A DNA stretch of 64,000 nt from a virus (IMGVR_UViG_3300044630_003672); one strand, 5' to 3'; positions 9,142-18,338 are shown, numbered from the stretch's first letter. The notes: a model not told the origin generated them from the sequence alone. Numbers and translations are program-made.

Positions 9142-9637
9142 AGGATTGGCCTTACTATTTGCATCGGTTCTTATCAAATTGGTATGGTTAAAAGTAGCAG
9201 GTGGCTTATATCTTATGTATTTAGCATATAACGCCCTATCATCAAAAGTTGAAACGGATGGTGGTAGTAAGATGACAATTAAGATACCATTCTTATCAGC
9301 ATTATGGTCTACAATCGTAGCAATTGAGATGATGGATTTGGTATTCAGTATTGATAATGTATTTGCCGCTGTTGCATTCACCCCTAACTTATGGTTGATA
9401 TGTGGTGGTGTGTTTATTGGTATCCTTGCTATGAGATTTGCAACAACAAAGTTTGTGAAAGTATTAGAGAAGAATCCAATATTGGAGAGAGTAGCATATT
9501 GGGTAATTGGAGCATTGGGATTGAAGTTAGTATCATCGTATTGGTTGCATGATTTGAATACGGAAGCGATTGATGCCGTATTTTCAATCTTAACCTTATT
9601 AGCATTTATAATTCCTTTAATAATAAAAAAGAAATAA
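8987..9637 (+). CDS. TerC-family integral membrane protein
   Basis: Repeated 'SIDNAAV' and 'FSIDNVFAAVAF' motifs with multiple TM helices. Confidence 0.8.
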   Translation: MTELLIFLNIMILEIVLSIDNAAVLAAMVKELPKDQQKKALTYGIAGAYLFRGLALLFASVLIKLVWLKVAGGLYLMYLAYNALSSKVETDGGSKMTIKIPFLSALWSTIVAIEMMDLVFSIDNVFAAVAFTPNLWLICGGVFIGILAMRFATTKFVKVLEKNPILERVAYWVIGALGLKLVSSYWLHDLNTEAIDAVFSILTLLAFIIPLIIKKK

Positions 9638-9640
9638 ATT

Positions 9641-9880
9641 ATGATTACCCCTTTTTGCTACATCGGGGCCCATAACTGGGAGTACCGAAAAGAAAAACAC
9701 GAATGTAAAGGACATCCACATGGTAGAGATGTTATTCGAGTTGTTGTTAGAGAATGTAAATGGTGTGGACATAGGGAACATCATACCCTTCCAAGAACAA
9801 ATAGGAAGTTTGGAAATTGGAAATCATTTGATGATATTGGTAAAGAAGATTGTATAGATATTAAAAGAATTTACGAATGA
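9641..9880 (+). CDS. Cys/His-rich small protein
   Basis: 'HECKGHPHG...CKWCGHREHH'. Confidence 0.45.
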   Translation: MITPFCYIGAHNWEYRKEKHECKGHPHGRDVIRVVVRECKWCGHREHHTLPRTNRKFGNWKSFDDIGKEDCIDIKRIYE

Positions 9881-10269
9881 TATTCAGAACGAGAAAATTA
9901 ATTAAGCCGGAAGATTTAAATGCCAGAGGTACACTATTTGGTGGACAGGTATTGAAGTGGATTGATGAAGAAGCATCCATATTTACAATTTGTCAATTAG
10001 GTGAACGTAGTATTGTTACAAAGGCAATGAGTGAAATCAACTTTGTAGCATCTGCAAAAACAGGTGATATCATTGAGATAGGTTGTCAGTTAGTACAATT
10101 TGGTACAACATCGGTAACAATAAGTTGTGAAGTACGAAACAAAGATACAAAACAAACAATTATCCGAATAGATAAAATTGTATTTGTTGCAGTAGATGAA
10201 AACGGAAGACCAAAGCCACACAACAAACCATCCGATGAAGATGATTTAAGATTTGAAACATATAATTAA
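9877..10269 (+). CDS. acyl-CoA thioesterase, hotdog fold (YciA-like)
   Basis: 'KPEDLNARGTLFGGQVLKWIDEEASI...GTTSVTISCEV', the hotdog thioesterase pattern. Confidence 0.8.
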   Translation: MIFRTRKLIKPEDLNARGTLFGGQVLKWIDEEASIFTICQLGERSIVTKAMSEINFVASAKTGDIIEIGCQLVQFGTTSVTISCEVRNKDTKQTIIRIDKIVFVAVDENGRPKPHNKPSDEDDLRFETYN

Positions 10270-10271
10270 TA

Positions 10272-10829
10272 ATGAAAAAAGAATGGGTATGTAGTAAATG
10301 TGGCCAATCAACTTTGGATGTTGATATAGATTATCTTATAGGATATGACCATATTTCATGTCTATTAAAAACGGGGTTACCTAAATTACAAAATTGGAAT
10401 AAGTTAGAAGGGCAAGAATTTGATGTAATGGGAGTCTCTATGAGAATGCAAAATGCCGAAGTTGATATTGAGATTGATAGATACACAGTTTGGTTAATTG
10501 ATAAGGAAGTAACAACCGAACCACTAATGAGAGTTGATATGTATTTGGCTGATAAAGAAATTGATATTAAAACATTCAGACCAGATACAATTTCACCACC
10601 ATTTCATACTCGTAAGCAAATAACCAAAGACCATATTAAAGACCCATCTATCTTTATACAAACAATTGGAATGATGATGATGGGTGACCCTGAAATAAGA
10701 AAGGTTTTGGACTACCTATCGGAAATGAATGGTAATATTGGTGCAAGAAGTGGAATGAGAGGTGGAATTGTGAATCACGTACTAAATAGTGGTATTACTA
10801 TAACATTTGGTTCAGCAAGTCTTTGGTAA
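10272..10829 (+). CDS. hypothetical protein
   Basis: 185-aa ORF. Confidence 0.5.
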   Translation: MKKEWVCSKCGQSTLDVDIDYLIGYDHISCLLKTGLPKLQNWNKLEGQEFDVMGVSMRMQNAEVDIEIDRYTVWLIDKEVTTEPLMRVDMYLADKEIDIKTFRPDTISPPFHTRKQITKDHIKDPSIFIQTIGMMMMGDPEIRKVLDYLSEMNGNIGARSGMRGGIVNHVLNSGITITFGSASLW

Positions 10830-10855
10830 TATCAATAATTTTTCGTATCTTTACA
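10822..10855 (+). promoter_or_regulatory. Bacteroidota-type promoter
   Basis: 'CTTTGGTAAT-N19-TATCTTTACATTATG'. ATG 10858 follows directly. Confidence 0.6.
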
Positions 10856-10857
10856 TT

Positions 10858-11196
10858 ATGAATTTATTAATAGGGTTTCTTTATGGATTAGTGGCACAGG
10901 TATTAACCTTTTTACAATTACAGGGTAGTATCAAATATGGTTGGTATGAAAAATATCCAATCATAATTATTTTAGCATCAATACCTTCGGGATGGTTGTT
11001 TCTAAAATCGGTACAACATTTTGTATTGGCATTTGATGGTGAGATTTGGCCATCTCGTCTTTTGGGATACGGTATTGGGGTTATTATATTTACCCTAATG
11101 AGTTGGCAATTGTTTGGTGAGCATTTAAATACTAAAACATTGGTTTGTTTGGGATTGAGTGTGGCGATAATATTGATTCAAATACTTTGGAAATGA
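10858..11196 (+). CDS. membrane protein
   Basis: Multi-TM ORF. Start moved to the ATG just after the promoter, because the track's Met 10807 precedes the promoter. Confidence 0.45.
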   Translation: MNLLIGFLYGLVAQVLTFLQLQGSIKYGWYEKYPIIIILASIPSGWLFLKSVQHFVLAFDGEIWPSRLLGYGIGVIIFTLMSWQLFGEHLNTKTLVCLGLSVAIILIQILWK

Positions 11197-11435
11197 TAAT
11201 AAACATTCTACCGGATGAATTGGAACCGGAATTTGTAAATAGTTGGAAGATGGGAGTTTTAAAAGAACCATCCATTGATTACGCTACAAACGCCATACAT
11301 TGTTGGTTTGAAGGTAATGATGTAATTATTTTCAGATTTCATAAATACGGGTGGATAAACGATAATAAGTACAATAAATATTTTGTAAACGCTGGGCCAG
11401 CGGGTATAACAATAAGAATAGAAAAAACGGCATAG
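11193..11435 (+). CDS. hypothetical protein
   Basis: ATGA overlap with the upstream stop. Confidence 0.4.
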   Translation: MIINILPDELEPEFVNSWKMGVLKEPSIDYATNAIHCWFEGNDVIIFRFHKYGWINDNKYNKYFVNAGPAGITIRIEKTA

Positions 11436-11436
11436 T

Positions 11437-12285
11437 ATGAATATAGTAGTAACAGGCGGAGTTGGTTTCGTAGGAACTAATTTAGTAAAAAGACTTCACA
11501 ACGAAGGACATAAAGTAATTGTAATTGATGATTATTCTACTGGTAAAGTAGAAAATCAAATAGAAGGAGTACGGTACTTACCAATGAATGTTGAACAAAT
11601 AGATTACATCAGCGGAGAAGAAGTTGATATATGTTTTCATTTAGCGGGATTGAGTAGAATTCAACCATCATTCGAAACCCCATCGGAGTTTTTCAGAGTT
11701 AATACATCTGGAACGGAAGCGGTTTGTGAGTGGGCTAGAAACTGGAATGTAAAGGTAGTATATTCGGGTTCATCTTCACAATGGCATGACCCATATCAAT
11801 CACCTTATGCCATGTATAAGAAGTTAGGTGAAGATATTTGTAAAATGTATCGTAAAGTATTTGGTACTAATATTGAGATAGCTCGTTTCTATAATGTGTA
11901 TGGCCCAACGGAAATAACCGAAGGTGAGTGGGCTGCTGTAATTGGATTATGGAGAGGGCAGATTACGGAAGGGAAACAGATTACAATAGTTGGTGATGGT
12001 GAGCAAAGGAGAGATTTTACGCATGTTGATGATATTGTTGATGGTTTAATTAAGATTGCATTTAGTGATGAAAAACACGAAGATGCTTGGGAATTGGGTA
12101 CTGGATTTAATTATTCAATTAATGAAGTGGCTGATATCTTTATTGAAAAATTTGGATGTGAGAAACTTTATATAGATAATCAAAAAGGAAATTACAAAGA
12201 AACACGTAGAGAGAATGATGATGCATTAAATAGGCTTGATTGGAGACCAAAGGATGTATTAAGAGAGTATATTGAAAATTTATAA
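11437..12285 (+). CDS. NAD-dependent epimerase/dehydratase (extended SDR)
   Basis: N-terminal Rossmann 'VVTGGVGFVGTNL', 'YSGSS...Y...K' catalytic region, typical of sugar-nucleotide epimerases and dehydratases. Confidence 0.8.
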   Translation: MNIVVTGGVGFVGTNLVKRLHNEGHKVIVIDDYSTGKVENQIEGVRYLPMNVEQIDYISGEEVDICFHLAGLSRIQPSFETPSEFFRVNTSGTEAVCEWARNWNVKVVYSGSSSQWHDPYQSPYAMYKKLGEDICKMYRKVFGTNIEIARFYNVYGPTEITEGEWAAVIGLWRGQITEGKQITIVGDGEQRRDFTHVDDIVDGLIKIAFSDEKHEDAWELGTGFNYSINEVADIFIEKFGCEKLYIDNQKGNYKETRRENDDALNRLDWRPKDVLREYIENL

Positions 12286-12296
12286 AAACAATAATT

Positions 12297-12455
12297 ATGA
12301 GTGCAATCGAAATTATCGGACTTTCTATGATAGCTAGTGGGTTGTTCATCGCTTACCATATGTGGAAAGCACCAATGATGGATGAGAAAACTGGAAAGAT
12401 TATAAAGGAAGGCAACAAATTATCAGACCTCTTTAAGAAAAAAAATAAGTTATGA
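12297..12455 (+). CDS. small membrane protein (52 aa)
   Basis: 'MSAIEIIGLSMIASGLFIAYHMW...'. Not in the ORF track. Confidence 0.3.
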   Translation: MSAIEIIGLSMIASGLFIAYHMWKAPMMDEKTGKIIKEGNKLSDLFKKKNKL

Positions 12456-13024
12456 AAGTAGAATTTAAAGACTCATTCTTTGAGAGCTTAGAGAAATTGG
12501 TATGGTATGATAGCAACCTATGGAAAGTTTGGTCTGCTATAAGATATGATATTCCATTGTTCTTTAAGAATGTATGGAGATTCAGAAAGGAGTTATACAA
12601 TCACCAGTGGTGGGATTATCGTTTCCATTTAGAAATGATGTATCGCTCTTTGAGTATTATGGAGAAGGGAATGAGTGAAAAAGGAATAGAAGTTGCTGAA
12701 ACCCGAAATATAAAGTTAATAAAGATGCGTAGAGCATTGGAGTTATTGAAGCATAAGTTGGATGATGATTATATCCAAAGAGCAGAGGATGAGTTGGGTA
12801 AGATAAATCGTAGTGAATTTGAGTTTGAGAAAACGGAAGATGGAAATTATAGATTGATAGATAACGATACGCCAGCTGAGAAGAAGCATGCTAGGAAAGT
12901 ATATAAGAGAGCAAGAGTTATAGAAGAAAAGGAGTGGAAGGAATTATGGGACATCTTCAAAGGGAAAAAATTTACTACTTGGGAGAAATACGATGGTAGT
13001 GATTTGAGAGGATGGTGGGACTAG
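12452..13024 (+). CDS. hypothetical protein
   Basis: 190-aa ORF. Confidence 0.5.
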   Translation: MKVEFKDSFFESLEKLVWYDSNLWKVWSAIRYDIPLFFKNVWRFRKELYNHQWWDYRFHLEMMYRSLSIMEKGMSEKGIEVAETRNIKLIKMRRALELLKHKLDDDYIQRAEDELGKINRSEFEFEKTEDGNYRLIDNDTPAEKKHARKVYKRARVIEEKEWKELWDIFKGKKFTTWEKYDGSDLRGWWD

Positions 13025-13060
13025 AAGTCCAATAGAGAGGTAAACAAACAAAAACAATAT

Positions 13061-13261
13061 ATGGTGGGAATTATTATTTTTGTTGTTGCCGCAACAGCGT
13101 TACTAAGCTGGTCATGGGTAAGAGGAATTGACCACATGAAAAAGAATCATCCTGATTACAAAGGAGAAGATTTTTTGGACTGGGGAGATGATGATGTGAC
13201 TAAAACCGCAGGTAGAGATGGTTGGGATGACAACATTGTACACACAGAAGGGGATTTTTAG
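13061..13261 (+). CDS. small membrane protein
   Basis: N-terminal TM. Confidence 0.4.
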   Translation: MVGIIIFVVAATALLSWSWVRGIDHMKKNHPDYKGEDFLDWGDDDVTKTAGRDGWDDNIVHTEGDF

Positions 13262-13340
13262 TATCAACTAAATCAATTCATTTAGGTTATGTTTAGACAT
13301 GACAAGGCAGAGTATTATCTAAAAATTAAATTATAAAAAT

Positions 13341-13904
13341 ATGTTACCATTAAAAGAAGCCATAGCTGAAAAGCACTCTTTGGCAGAAAAGATGACATTT
13401 AATCAAAGAATGTTTAAAGGAGAATTATCAAACGAAGAATACATTTTGTATTTGTGTCAGCAATTGGCAATATTTGATGCAATTGAAGTACATGAATTAC
13501 CACACCCAGCTTTAGATAGAGCTGGTAAGGTATTTGAGGACATTAAAGAATTGATGGGAGAAACTCAAATTCAAATTACACCATTGGTAGCAACGAATGA
13601 ATATCGTAAATACCTTCGTACATTGAGTAAAGAAGAAATACTTCCACACGTTTACCTAAACTACTTAGCAATTATGTTTGGTGGGCAGATGATGAAAAAG
13701 AATGTACCTGGAAGTGGTAAGATGTATGAGTTTGAGGGTGATGTTAGAGAAATTGCCGGAACGATTAGAGCAATTCAAAAAGATGAATGGGCAGATGAAG
13801 CAAACAAAGCATTGGATTACAACATAACTATATTAGATGAATTACAAAGAGTATCTGAATCAGCTAGCGTGGACGTTGAAGGAGATGGTGGAGAAGGCGC
13901 CTAA
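13341..13904 (+). CDS. heme oxygenase
   Basis: HO-family signatures 'EKHSLAEKMTF', 'YLNYLAIMFGGQMMKK' (cf. 'AHAYTRYMGDLSGGQVLKK') and 'ANKALDYNITILDEL'. Confidence 0.85.
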   Translation: MLPLKEAIAEKHSLAEKMTFNQRMFKGELSNEEYILYLCQQLAIFDAIEVHELPHPALDRAGKVFEDIKELMGETQIQITPLVATNEYRKYLRTLSKEEILPHVYLNYLAIMFGGQMMKKNVPGSGKMYEFEGDVREIAGTIRAIQKDEWADEANKALDYNITILDELQRVSESASVDVEGDGGEGA

Positions 13905-14466
13905 TTGCCAACCATTAGAAACCGAAGATTATGGATGGGATAATTTTAGATATGAATCAAAGTTATTTCGTATGGCTCACGTGGAAAGATATGGTGATGG
14001 TAAAATAGAAGTACTACACTTTACAACATTCCCACATAAAGATTCACCAGAGCCTATTTTTGGATTTGATGTTATATCAACTGAAAAAATGGTAACGGGT
14101 GCATATATGGATTTGAGTCCTGGTCTTAAAACATATCCTTTTGATGATGGTATGGATTTTAAACAAAGAAAAAAGATACCTGAATGGGCTACTGTTTTTT
14201 CCGATAGATTTATTATGTTAAAACCGGAATCCGATGAGGAATTGGTTCGTTTTTGTAATTGGGTAGTGGAAAAATACGATTGGTATCTTAATTCACTTCT
14301 TTGGTTGGAAAAGAAAACCGATAATATTGAAGGTGTAATAGAGAAACAAAATATTTATTGTCAAATACAGGCTACTAACCCAAGAACGTTTTCAGCATTG
14401 AAAGCACTAATTGGTGAGGAAAAAGCAAAGTATTTTATGGAAAACATATTATTCCCAAAGATATGA
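13837..14466 (+). CDS. ferredoxin-dependent bilin reductase (PcyA/PebS/PcyX family)
   Basis: 'FRMAHVERYGDGKIEVLHFTTFPHKDSPEPIFGFDVISTEKMVTGAYMDLSP' aligns with the FDBR core 'FRKMHLE...LDILHCVMFP...PMFGCDLVGG...ADLSP'. Start may be Met17 (13885). Confidence 0.8.
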   Translation: MNYKEYLNQLAWTLKEMVEKAPNCQPLETEDYGWDNFRYESKLFRMAHVERYGDGKIEVLHFTTFPHKDSPEPIFGFDVISTEKMVTGAYMDLSPGLKTYPFDDGMDFKQRKKIPEWATVFSDRFIMLKPESDEELVRFCNWVVEKYDWYLNSLLWLEKKTDNIEGVIEKQNIYCQIQATNPRTFSALKALIGEEKAKYFMENILFPKI

Positions 14467-14837
14467 CACCAAAAAGAATATACATAGATTTTGGCACTCC
14501 CATAGAACAATGGGCAGATGCGAATAAGGGAGTGATAATGGATTCGATATACTCTAACGTATTTGATTTTCTTCAATCAGATGAAGATGATAGAGTTATA
14601 TTACAAGTTACTCCTAAATTGGCACAAAAACCAAAAACACCACGAACATTTGAACCACCTATTAATGTTGATTTTATAATATCAAAAGATGATATAGATT
14701 TAACATTAAAGAAAATGATGGATTATTATATTGAAGTTGAGGAATATGAAAAATGTGCAGAAATACTTAAACTGCAAAATGAGAAAGATAATCCAAAACC
14801 AAAGAAAAAAAGAGGAAGAAAACCTAAAAATATTTAA
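14463..14837 (+). CDS. hypothetical protein (basic C-terminus)
   Basis: 124-aa ORF overlapping the upstream stop. Confidence 0.45.
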   Translation: MTPKRIYIDFGTPIEQWADANKGVIMDSIYSNVFDFLQSDEDDRVILQVTPKLAQKPKTPRTFEPPINVDFIISKDDIDLTLKKMMDYYIEVEEYEKCAEILKLQNEKDNPKPKKKRGRKPKNI

Positions 14838-14874
14838 ATTATATTTATATACACAAATAAATAAAGTTTAAATA

Positions 14875-15315
14875 ATGTTCGTACCAAACCATCTTCATCT
14901 TTTGGTAAAGGGTTATGTAAAGACTCCACCAAAAACAGACAAAGTGTTAAACATCTGGTTTACACAATTAGTACAAAATGTGGGAATGAAAGTAGTAGCC
15001 GGCCCCACTTCGGTTTATGTTAATGAACCGGGTAACGAAGGGATAACCGGAACTGTTACATTAGCTACATCACACGCATCAATTCACGTTTGGGATAATG
15101 AAAACCCAGCGATGTTTCAGTTTGATTTATATAGTTGTTCAAATTTTAAACCAAAAGATGTTTTAAATCATTTAGACGATTGGTTTGGATTAACCGAAGC
15201 TCATTGGCAATTTATTGACAGAAACGGGAATAATTTTAAAGTGATTGATTCTGGACACTTTAAGAAAAGTAAGATAAAACAAATAATAGATATATTTAAA
15301 AGAAAGCAGGTTTAA
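14875..15315 (+). CDS. speD: S-adenosylmethionine decarboxylase proenzyme (pyruvoyl type, SpeD/SpeH-like)
   Basis: 'GITGTVTLATSHASIHVWDNENPAMFQFDLYSCSNF' matches the SpeH core '...LLAESHISIHTWPE...DVFTCG', with the Ser at the cleavage site. Confidence 0.85.
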   Translation: MFVPNHLHLLVKGYVKTPPKTDKVLNIWFTQLVQNVGMKVVAGPTSVYVNEPGNEGITGTVTLATSHASIHVWDNENPAMFQFDLYSCSNFKPKDVLNHLDDWFGLTEAHWQFIDRNGNNFKVIDSGHFKKSKIKQIIDIFKRKQV

Positions 15316-15959
15316 TGAATTTGGATGATATTAAATATGGTAATACAACTAGAGAGCAAGAAGCTAAAGTTAAAGAGGATAGAGCCGGTATATTAAAGGC
15401 TGCTATTGAAACTGGTATTATCAAAGATGTATTAGAAAATCATCCATTTCCAGCTAACTCATCTGATGAAACAAAAAACGAATTAGAATATCTTACAAAG
15501 ATAACTAATAACGCAGATGAAGATGATATCCGTTTTTGTAAGTTGATAGAAACAAATCACTATGATTTTTTTGTTATTGTAGCAAAGAAATTGGGATTAG
15601 ATGTGAGTAAAGAAGAAATTCTAAAATGGGTTGGTGATATAGACCCTATAACGTTTTACTTAAAGGATAAATTCAATCGTCCAAGACCTTATCAATTAGC
15701 TAAAGAGTTAAGATTGGATTTACATCCGATTACCGCTACTGATGCAAATTCGGCAGCATATCCATCTGGACACACAATGGATTTTTTAGTTATACTTTAT
15801 CACTTTGGAAAGATGAATCCAGCATTAGCGGAAGAGCTTGATGATTTTTATCACGAGATAAAGAGAGCAAGAGAATTAAGTGGATTACACTATCCATCTG
15901 ATAGAAAAGTATCGGAATATATATTTAAACAATTGGTTAAACACAACCTAATAAAATAA
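15315..15959 (+). CDS. PAP2-superfamily phosphatase (putative)
   Basis: PAP2 tripartite motif 'KFNRPRP', 'YPSGHT' and 'SGLHYPSD'. Confidence 0.6.
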   Translation: MNLDDIKYGNTTREQEAKVKEDRAGILKAAIETGIIKDVLENHPFPANSSDETKNELEYLTKITNNADEDDIRFCKLIETNHYDFFVIVAKKLGLDVSKEEILKWVGDIDPITFYLKDKFNRPRPYQLAKELRLDLHPITATDANSAAYPSGHTMDFLVILYHFGKMNPALAEELDDFYHEIKRARELSGLHYPSDRKVSEYIFKQLVKHNLIK

Positions 15960-15998
15960 GTTACACACCTAAACGAAATAAACCACACATGGACGAAG

Positions 15999-16244
15999 GT
16001 GATAGTAAAAACAATAAACAAATTAAAGGACAAAAGCAATCGCTTAATGCTTTACAAAGACATGGCATTGATGTTGGCTCTATTCTTCAATCCGTTTGGA
16101 TTCGATGCCGTTCAGTATTCCCTAATACTACTGACGGGAAGTTTATGGAAAGCGAACTTCGTTTTGTATTGTATTGCGGGGTTATTTTTTGGACTTTATA
16201 TCTGGTTTACGAAGTGTTTAAATAAATTTGGTAATATCAAATAA
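15999..16244 (+). CDS. small membrane protein (alternative frame 15989..16225 less likely)
   Basis: Two TM segments. The 3' end overlaps the -33 of the next promoter. Confidence 0.35.
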   Translation: MIVKTINKLKDKSNRLMLYKDMALMLALFFNPFGFDAVQYSLILLTGSLWKANFVLYCIAGLFFGLYIWFTKCLNKFGNIK

Positions 16245-16260
16245 AATTCGTATATTTGTA
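16227..16260 (+). promoter_or_regulatory. Bacteroidota-type promoter
   Basis: 'AAATTTGGTAAT-N19-TATATTTGTAT'. Confidence 0.65.
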
Positions 16261-16265
16261 TAGAT

Positions 16266-16499
16266 ATGGAAATAAATGAGAAAATAGTAAAGCTAAAGAT
16301 TAGGGAAAAAGAATTGCAAGAACAACTTGCATATTGGGAAGCCTATCCACCTGTAAATAATATGGGAAAATGGGCTAGACAAACCAAACTTGATTCTTTA
16401 AAAGAAAAGCTAGCAAAGGTTCAGGAAAAGATTCATTTCCACGATTCTATATATTTATCTAATGAAATATATAAGGAATGGAAAAAGGATGTAAAATAG
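16266..16499 (+). CDS. hypothetical protein
   Basis: 77-aa coiled-coil-like ORF. Confidence 0.45.
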   Translation: MEINEKIVKLKIREKELQEQLAYWEAYPPVNNMGKWARQTKLDSLKEKLAKVQEKIHFHDSIYLSNEIYKEWKKDVK

Positions 16500-17203
16500 C
16501 ACAACTAACTGAAGCCTCACTGGGTAGGGTTCTCCAACACGTTCAAGGTAAAAAGAAGGTAAAAAGTTGGGGAGTTATAACTGCTTATAGATATGCAAAT
16601 ACTCCTGCTGAAAATAAAGCGGCTAACAAAATATTAGCGGATAAAATAAGAGCTAAAGGATTAGGATTTTTTGAGATGGAAGGTCATTGGCAAGAGTGTC
16701 AAGATAATAGAGTAAACTATTTTGATTGTCCAAAAGATAAATTAGTTGATTCAACCGAAATTTCCTTATTCGTTCCAAACATTTCAATTAAAGATATTCA
16801 CCAATTAGGAAATGAATTCACACAGGATTCAGTTTTGTATGGTGGCGAAGATACCAAAGGTAAAGGTGTTTTGGTTTATAAAAATGGTAGAGTAGAAAGT
16901 GTTGGGGATATGCATCCTGGTACAATGCAGCAAGCATATTCAAAAATGAGAAATACCAAACAAGTTTTCGCATTTCAAAGAAAAAAAGGTACACAAAGAA
17001 ATTTACAAAATTTACCAGGATCATCTGCAGAAAGAGATGATAAATTAATCAAAATGTTACCAAAGGATATTCTTAATAAAACTGTAAGAAATCCTGAAAC
17101 CGGTAGAGATATAAAAGTACAATCTGCGCTTAGATATCAAGATGATGCTCCTGTTAAAAAGAGTGCAATGTCATTGGTAAAGATTATGCAAAAATCTAAA
17201 TAA
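16478..17203 (+). CDS. hypothetical protein
   Basis: 241-aa ORF whose start overlaps the upstream gene. Confidence 0.5.
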   Translation: MEKGCKIAQLTEASLGRVLQHVQGKKKVKSWGVITAYRYANTPAENKAANKILADKIRAKGLGFFEMEGHWQECQDNRVNYFDCPKDKLVDSTEISLFVPNISIKDIHQLGNEFTQDSVLYGGEDTKGKGVLVYKNGRVESVGDMHPGTMQQAYSKMRNTKQVFAFQRKKGTQRNLQNLPGSSAERDDKLIKMLPKDILNKTVRNPETGRDIKVQSALRYQDDAPVKKSAMSLVKIMQKSK

Positions 17204-17206
17204 GAT

Positions 17207-17800
17207 ATGCCAGATAGGTTACGATATATAGTAGGCGGTACAATCGCAGCATCCGATATAAATACCGAATTCAATAGAGGTGGATACTTTACCATATGGG
17301 ACGCTAGAAATGGTAGTTATGGTGGTATAAATGATGCAAGTAGTTATAGACCAACTGCCAATGGGCAGAGTGGATATGCATTTTCTCATTGGTGGGGATA
17401 TACGCATAGTGCAAGTAGACCATACGTTTACATATTCAAATATGAAAGCCAAGCGAGTTGCAGTATCAGACTTTACAAATATAATGTGTATGGTGCAGCT
17501 GAGTGGAGTGAGAGATGGTATTTTTATAATATAGGCCCTTGGCATGACGCATCTAATGGTGGCGATGGTTCTAATGGTCCTGCGGCTCCTGCTAGAATGG
17601 ATGATAGAATTACTTTCTTATGGAATCATTTTGGATGGGGTAATTATTGGAAAACTACTTATAAAGCAGTATATAGTCCGATTCGCGGAAATATCATCTA
17701 TTGGGGATGTGACCCAGCTGGATACCAAAGATATGCAGAAGTAAATCCAATATGGAGTGGTGAACCTTTATATACTTATGCAGTAGAATACTATTGTTAA
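17207..17800 (+). CDS. hypothetical protein, Trp/Tyr/Gly-rich
   Basis: 197-aa ORF with an unusually aromatic composition (WWGY, WYFYN, YWGCD). Confidence 0.5.
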   Translation: MPDRLRYIVGGTIAASDINTEFNRGGYFTIWDARNGSYGGINDASSYRPTANGQSGYAFSHWWGYTHSASRPYVYIFKYESQASCSIRLYKYNVYGAAEWSERWYFYNIGPWHDASNGGDGSNGPAAPARMDDRITFLWNHFGWGNYWKTTYKAVYSPIRGNIIYWGCDPAGYQRYAEVNPIWSGEPLYTYAVEYYC

Positions 17801-17818
17801 AAAATTAATTAATATATT

Positions 17819-18094
17819 ATGAAAACTTATGTTGTAACCGGCGAAAGCCATATCTGCTTTGATGATGAAGAAAAAACGATAATTTCAATTACTAATTCAT
17901 CCAGAGTTGATAACTCTGCTATTGCATATACAAAAGACCCAATGGCATTTAGAGCTGTATATGAACACGCAATGTCTGAAATATCCGGTAGTGATAGACC
18001 GGTTGGTTCGGCGCCATTATTCCAAACTGATACGGAAGAACTTTTTAATTCAGTAAGAGAATTGGTACTTAATAAGCTGAACGCATTAGTTTAA
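17819..18094 (+). CDS. hypothetical protein
   Basis: 91-aa ORF. Confidence 0.45.
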   Translation: MKTYVVTGESHICFDDEEKTIISITNSSRVDNSAIAYTKDPMAFRAVYEHAMSEISGSDRPVGSAPLFQTDTEELFNSVRELVLNKLNALV

Positions 18095-18101
18095 AAATAA
18101 A

Positions 18102-18135
18102 TTTGGCGGATTCGTATATTTTTTGTATATTTACA
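18102..18135 (+). promoter_or_regulatory. Bacteroidota-type promoter
   Basis: 'ATTTGGCGGA-N20-TATATTTAC'. Confidence 0.5.
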
Positions 18136-18213
18136 TATACTTATAAATTCTTATGTGCGTAACTCATTGATAATCAATGAATTAAAAAAGTTATCCACAT
18201 TTTGAAAAAAAGA

Positions 18214-18247
18214 TTTGGCCGTTTCAAAAAAATGTACTATCTTTACA
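18214..18247 (+). promoter_or_regulatory. Bacteroidota-type promoter driving tRNA-Met
   Basis: 'GATTTGGCCG-N19-TATCTTTAC', 20 nt upstream of the tRNA. Confidence 0.6.
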
Positions 18248-18266
18248 AAGTTCTTTAAAATAATAT

Positions 18267-18338
18267 CGTGAGGTAGAGCAGTGGTAGCTCGCCAGGCTCA
18301 TAACCTGGAGGCCGGTGGTTCGAATCCATCCCTCGCAA
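18267..18338 (+). tRNA. tRNA-Met(CAT), initiator-like
   Basis: Cloverleaf by hand-folding: D 'GAGC/GCTC', anticodon loop 'CTCATAA', T-loop 'TTCGAAT'. C1:A72 mismatch as in bacterial initiator tRNA. Confidence 0.8.

Noticed and set aside
15989-16244. Two overlapping small ORFs (15989-16225 and 15999-16244)
   Set aside because: Only one can be real. The hydrophobic 15999 frame was kept at low confidence and the other dropped.
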